Assembly (NCBI GenBank): GCA_041645165.1
Contig: JBAZQN010000010.1
Location: 102-64,101, forward strand
DNA: 64,000 bases
Origin: Patescibacteria group bacterium
Lineage (GTDB): Bacteria; Patescibacteriota; Patescibacteriia; 2-02-FULL-49-11
Reading direction: 5' to 3'
In this document: positions 62,807 to 64,000 of the stretch, one piece after another
How the letters are laid out: the number at the start of each line of letters is the position of its first letter
Position numbering within the stretch: position 1 is the stretch's first letter
Notes under the pieces: generated by a model
Told to the model about the DNA's origin: nothing
The model's input: only the letters and a program-made list of their open reading frames with translations
Database searches by the model: none
Translations under genes and position numbers: made by a program

Positions 62807-64000
62807 ATGAAATACATACTTTACGCTCGCAAGAGCACCGAAGATGAGGACAGGCAGATTTTAAGCATTGAGGCCCAAGTCTTTGAATTAAAAGAATTTG
62901 CCGCCAAAGAAAAACTTGAAATTGTCGATCCGATTTTCGTCGAGACCAAAACTGCCAAAGAACCTGGGCGAATTAAATTCGCAGAAATGTTGTCATTGAT
63001 TGAAAGAGGGAAAGCAGAGGGGATACTTTCTTGGAATCCGGATAGATTAGCTCGTAATTCCGTTGATGGAGGGCGAGTAATTCACATGATAGATCGCGGC
63101 TTGATTAAATCATTGAAATTTCCAACATTTTGGTTTGAGCCAACACCGCAAGGACTTTTTATGCTCCAAATTGCTTTTGGTCAAAGTAAATATTATGTGG
63201 ATTCACTTCGAGAAAATGTAACTCGTGGAATGAGGCAGAAAGTAAGAAATGGAGTATGGCCAAGCAAAGCACCGCTCGGCTATCTCAACAATCCAAAAAC
63301 CAGAGGAATTGATGTTGATAGAGAAAAAGCACAAAAAGTGAAAAAGATTTTTGAACTCTACGCCACCAGAAATTACAATCTCCGCGAAATAGCCGAGTGG
63401 TGCAAACGGGTAAATCTCAAAAGCAATTTAGGCAACAGCATTTCAATTGGAAAAGTCCATGAGCTTTTACAAAACGTTTTCTACATCGGTCTTATGAAGT
63501 ATAAAGGCGAAATTCATGAGGCAACTCACGAGCCGCTAATTTCAAAGAAACTTTTTGATAAAGTGCAGGAAATTATGCGAGAAAAAGGCAAGCCGCAAAA
63601 AGTTAAGAAACATAATTTTGCTTTTCTCGGGTTTATGAAATGTCCTTGCTCGGCGGCGATAACAGCAGAAAAGAAAATTAAACCAAGTGGCAGAGAATAT
63701 GTGTATTATCGTTGCACAAAAAAGAAAGGGCCATGCCAAGAAAAACACTTTTTGCGACAGGAAGAATTATACGAACAGATTAAATCTTTTCTTCAAAAAG
63801 TTTCTTTGTCGAGCCACGACACAGAAAACGTTTTAGCCGAACTCGAAAAAGAAGAAATACAAACAAAAGAGCAAGCCAAAACAACTGTTCAAAATCTTAA
63901 AGTACAATTAGCTGAAATTGAAATAAGACTTGAAAAACTGCTCGACGTTTTTCTTAACGAGGTTATCTCTGTTGAAGATTACAAGGCGAGAAAAGAAAAA
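62807..64000 (+). CDS. Large serine recombinase (integrase/resolvase family), truncated at the window end
   Basis: Resolvase-type N-terminus YARKSTEDEDRQ...SIEAQ. Recombinase domain. Zinc ribbon CPCS...YYRCTKKKGPC. Coiled-coil. No stop before 64000. Confidence 0.75.
   Translation, partial: MKYILYARKSTEDEDRQILSIEAQVFELKEFAAKEKLEIVDPIFVETKTAKEPGRIKFAEMLSLIERGKAEGILSWNPDRLARNSVDGGRVIHMIDRGLIKSLKFPTFWFEPTPQGLFMLQIAFGQSKYYVDSLRENVTRGMRQKVRNGVWPSKAPLGYLNNPKTRGIDVDREKAQKVKKIFELYATRNYNLREIAEWCKRVNLKSNLGNSISIGKVHELLQNVFYIGLMKYKGEIHEATHEPLISKKLFDKVQEIMREKGKPQKVKKHNFAFLGFMKCPCSAAITAEKKIKPSGREYVYYRCTKKKGPCQEKHFLRQEELYEQIKSFLQKVSLSSHDTENVLAELEKEEIQTKEQAKTTVQNLKVQLAEIEIRLEKLLDVFLNEVISVEDYKARKEK

Noticed and set aside
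1-64000. Alternative genetic code with UGA as a sense codon (code 25 or 4)
   Set aside because: Long conserved ORFs (leuS, clpC, recG) read through in the standard code, and TGA terminates some genes, for example the S11 peptidase at 6165-6167.
62807-64000. Prophage at the right end
   Set aside because: Only the serine recombinase is visible. No capsid, terminase or tail genes occur in the window, so the element type cannot be assigned.
1-64000. rRNA genes
   Set aside because: No stretch resembles 16S, 23S or 5S conserved blocks, and the non-coding regions are too short.

Overview
This 64-kb window looks like part of a small, repeat-dense bacterial genome with Candidate Phyla Radiation-like features; that taxonomic impression is inference. 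It uses the standard genetic code, since TGA, TAA and TAG all terminate long ORFs.

The housekeeping genes I can support are clpC, a comF-like gene, an S11 D-Ala-D-Ala carboxypeptidase, recG, rsmA/ksgA, tsaC/yrdC, leuS, a LysM-M23 peptidase, a lexA-small ORF-dinB cassette, gmk, an rluD-family gene, a SET-domain protein, mpg, comB, HIT and HD proteins, cca, and a small methyltransferase. There are also two tRNA-Ser genes and one tRNA-Arg.

The centre of the window, about 11.7 to 43.0 kb, is a roughly 31-kb block of genes all on the minus strand. It encodes a Gram-positive-type type IV secretion-like apparatus: PrgI/VirB3-like, a split VirB4 ATPase, a VirB6-like polytopic giant protein, two VirB2/TrbC-like pilin-module proteins (one fused to an M15 peptidoglycan peptidase). 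With these sit a DsbA-like oxidoreductase, a TolB-like beta-propeller protein, and two giant cysteine-rich secreted proteins of 1649 and 1674 aa plus a 1195-aa membrane/coiled-coil protein. This is the best candidate for a cell-surface or host-interaction system.

At least five families of palindromic mini-repeats run through the window:
- A REP hairpin, GTTCAATCT-NNN-AGATTGAAC, with attached ATCTGCG heptamer arrays. Its cognate REP-associated tyrosine transposase (RAYT) gene is present and flanked by inverted REPs.
- Hairpin-bounded elements (GTCATYCC...GGAATCCAG / CTGGATTCC...GGAATGAC) that carry small GIY-YIG genes, plus ORF-less derivatives of about 100 bp.
- G/C-tract palindromes (CCCCCCTTA..AAGGGGGG).
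- Units of about 60 bp with a CGGGATCCCG core.
- Composite three-stem elements.

Many copies are inserted in frame into essential genes (recG, leuS, cca, tsaC, dinB, and the dsbA-like gene), in the manner of Rickettsia palindromic elements. recG also carries an in-frame GxxExxY (PD-(D/E)XK-like) domain bounded by inverted heptamer arrays, and leuS carries an in-frame alpha/beta-hydrolase domain.

The right end of the window has a cysteine-rich tandem-repeat protein gene bounded by 91-bp inverted repeats, next to a large serine recombinase gene that is cut off by the window edge.
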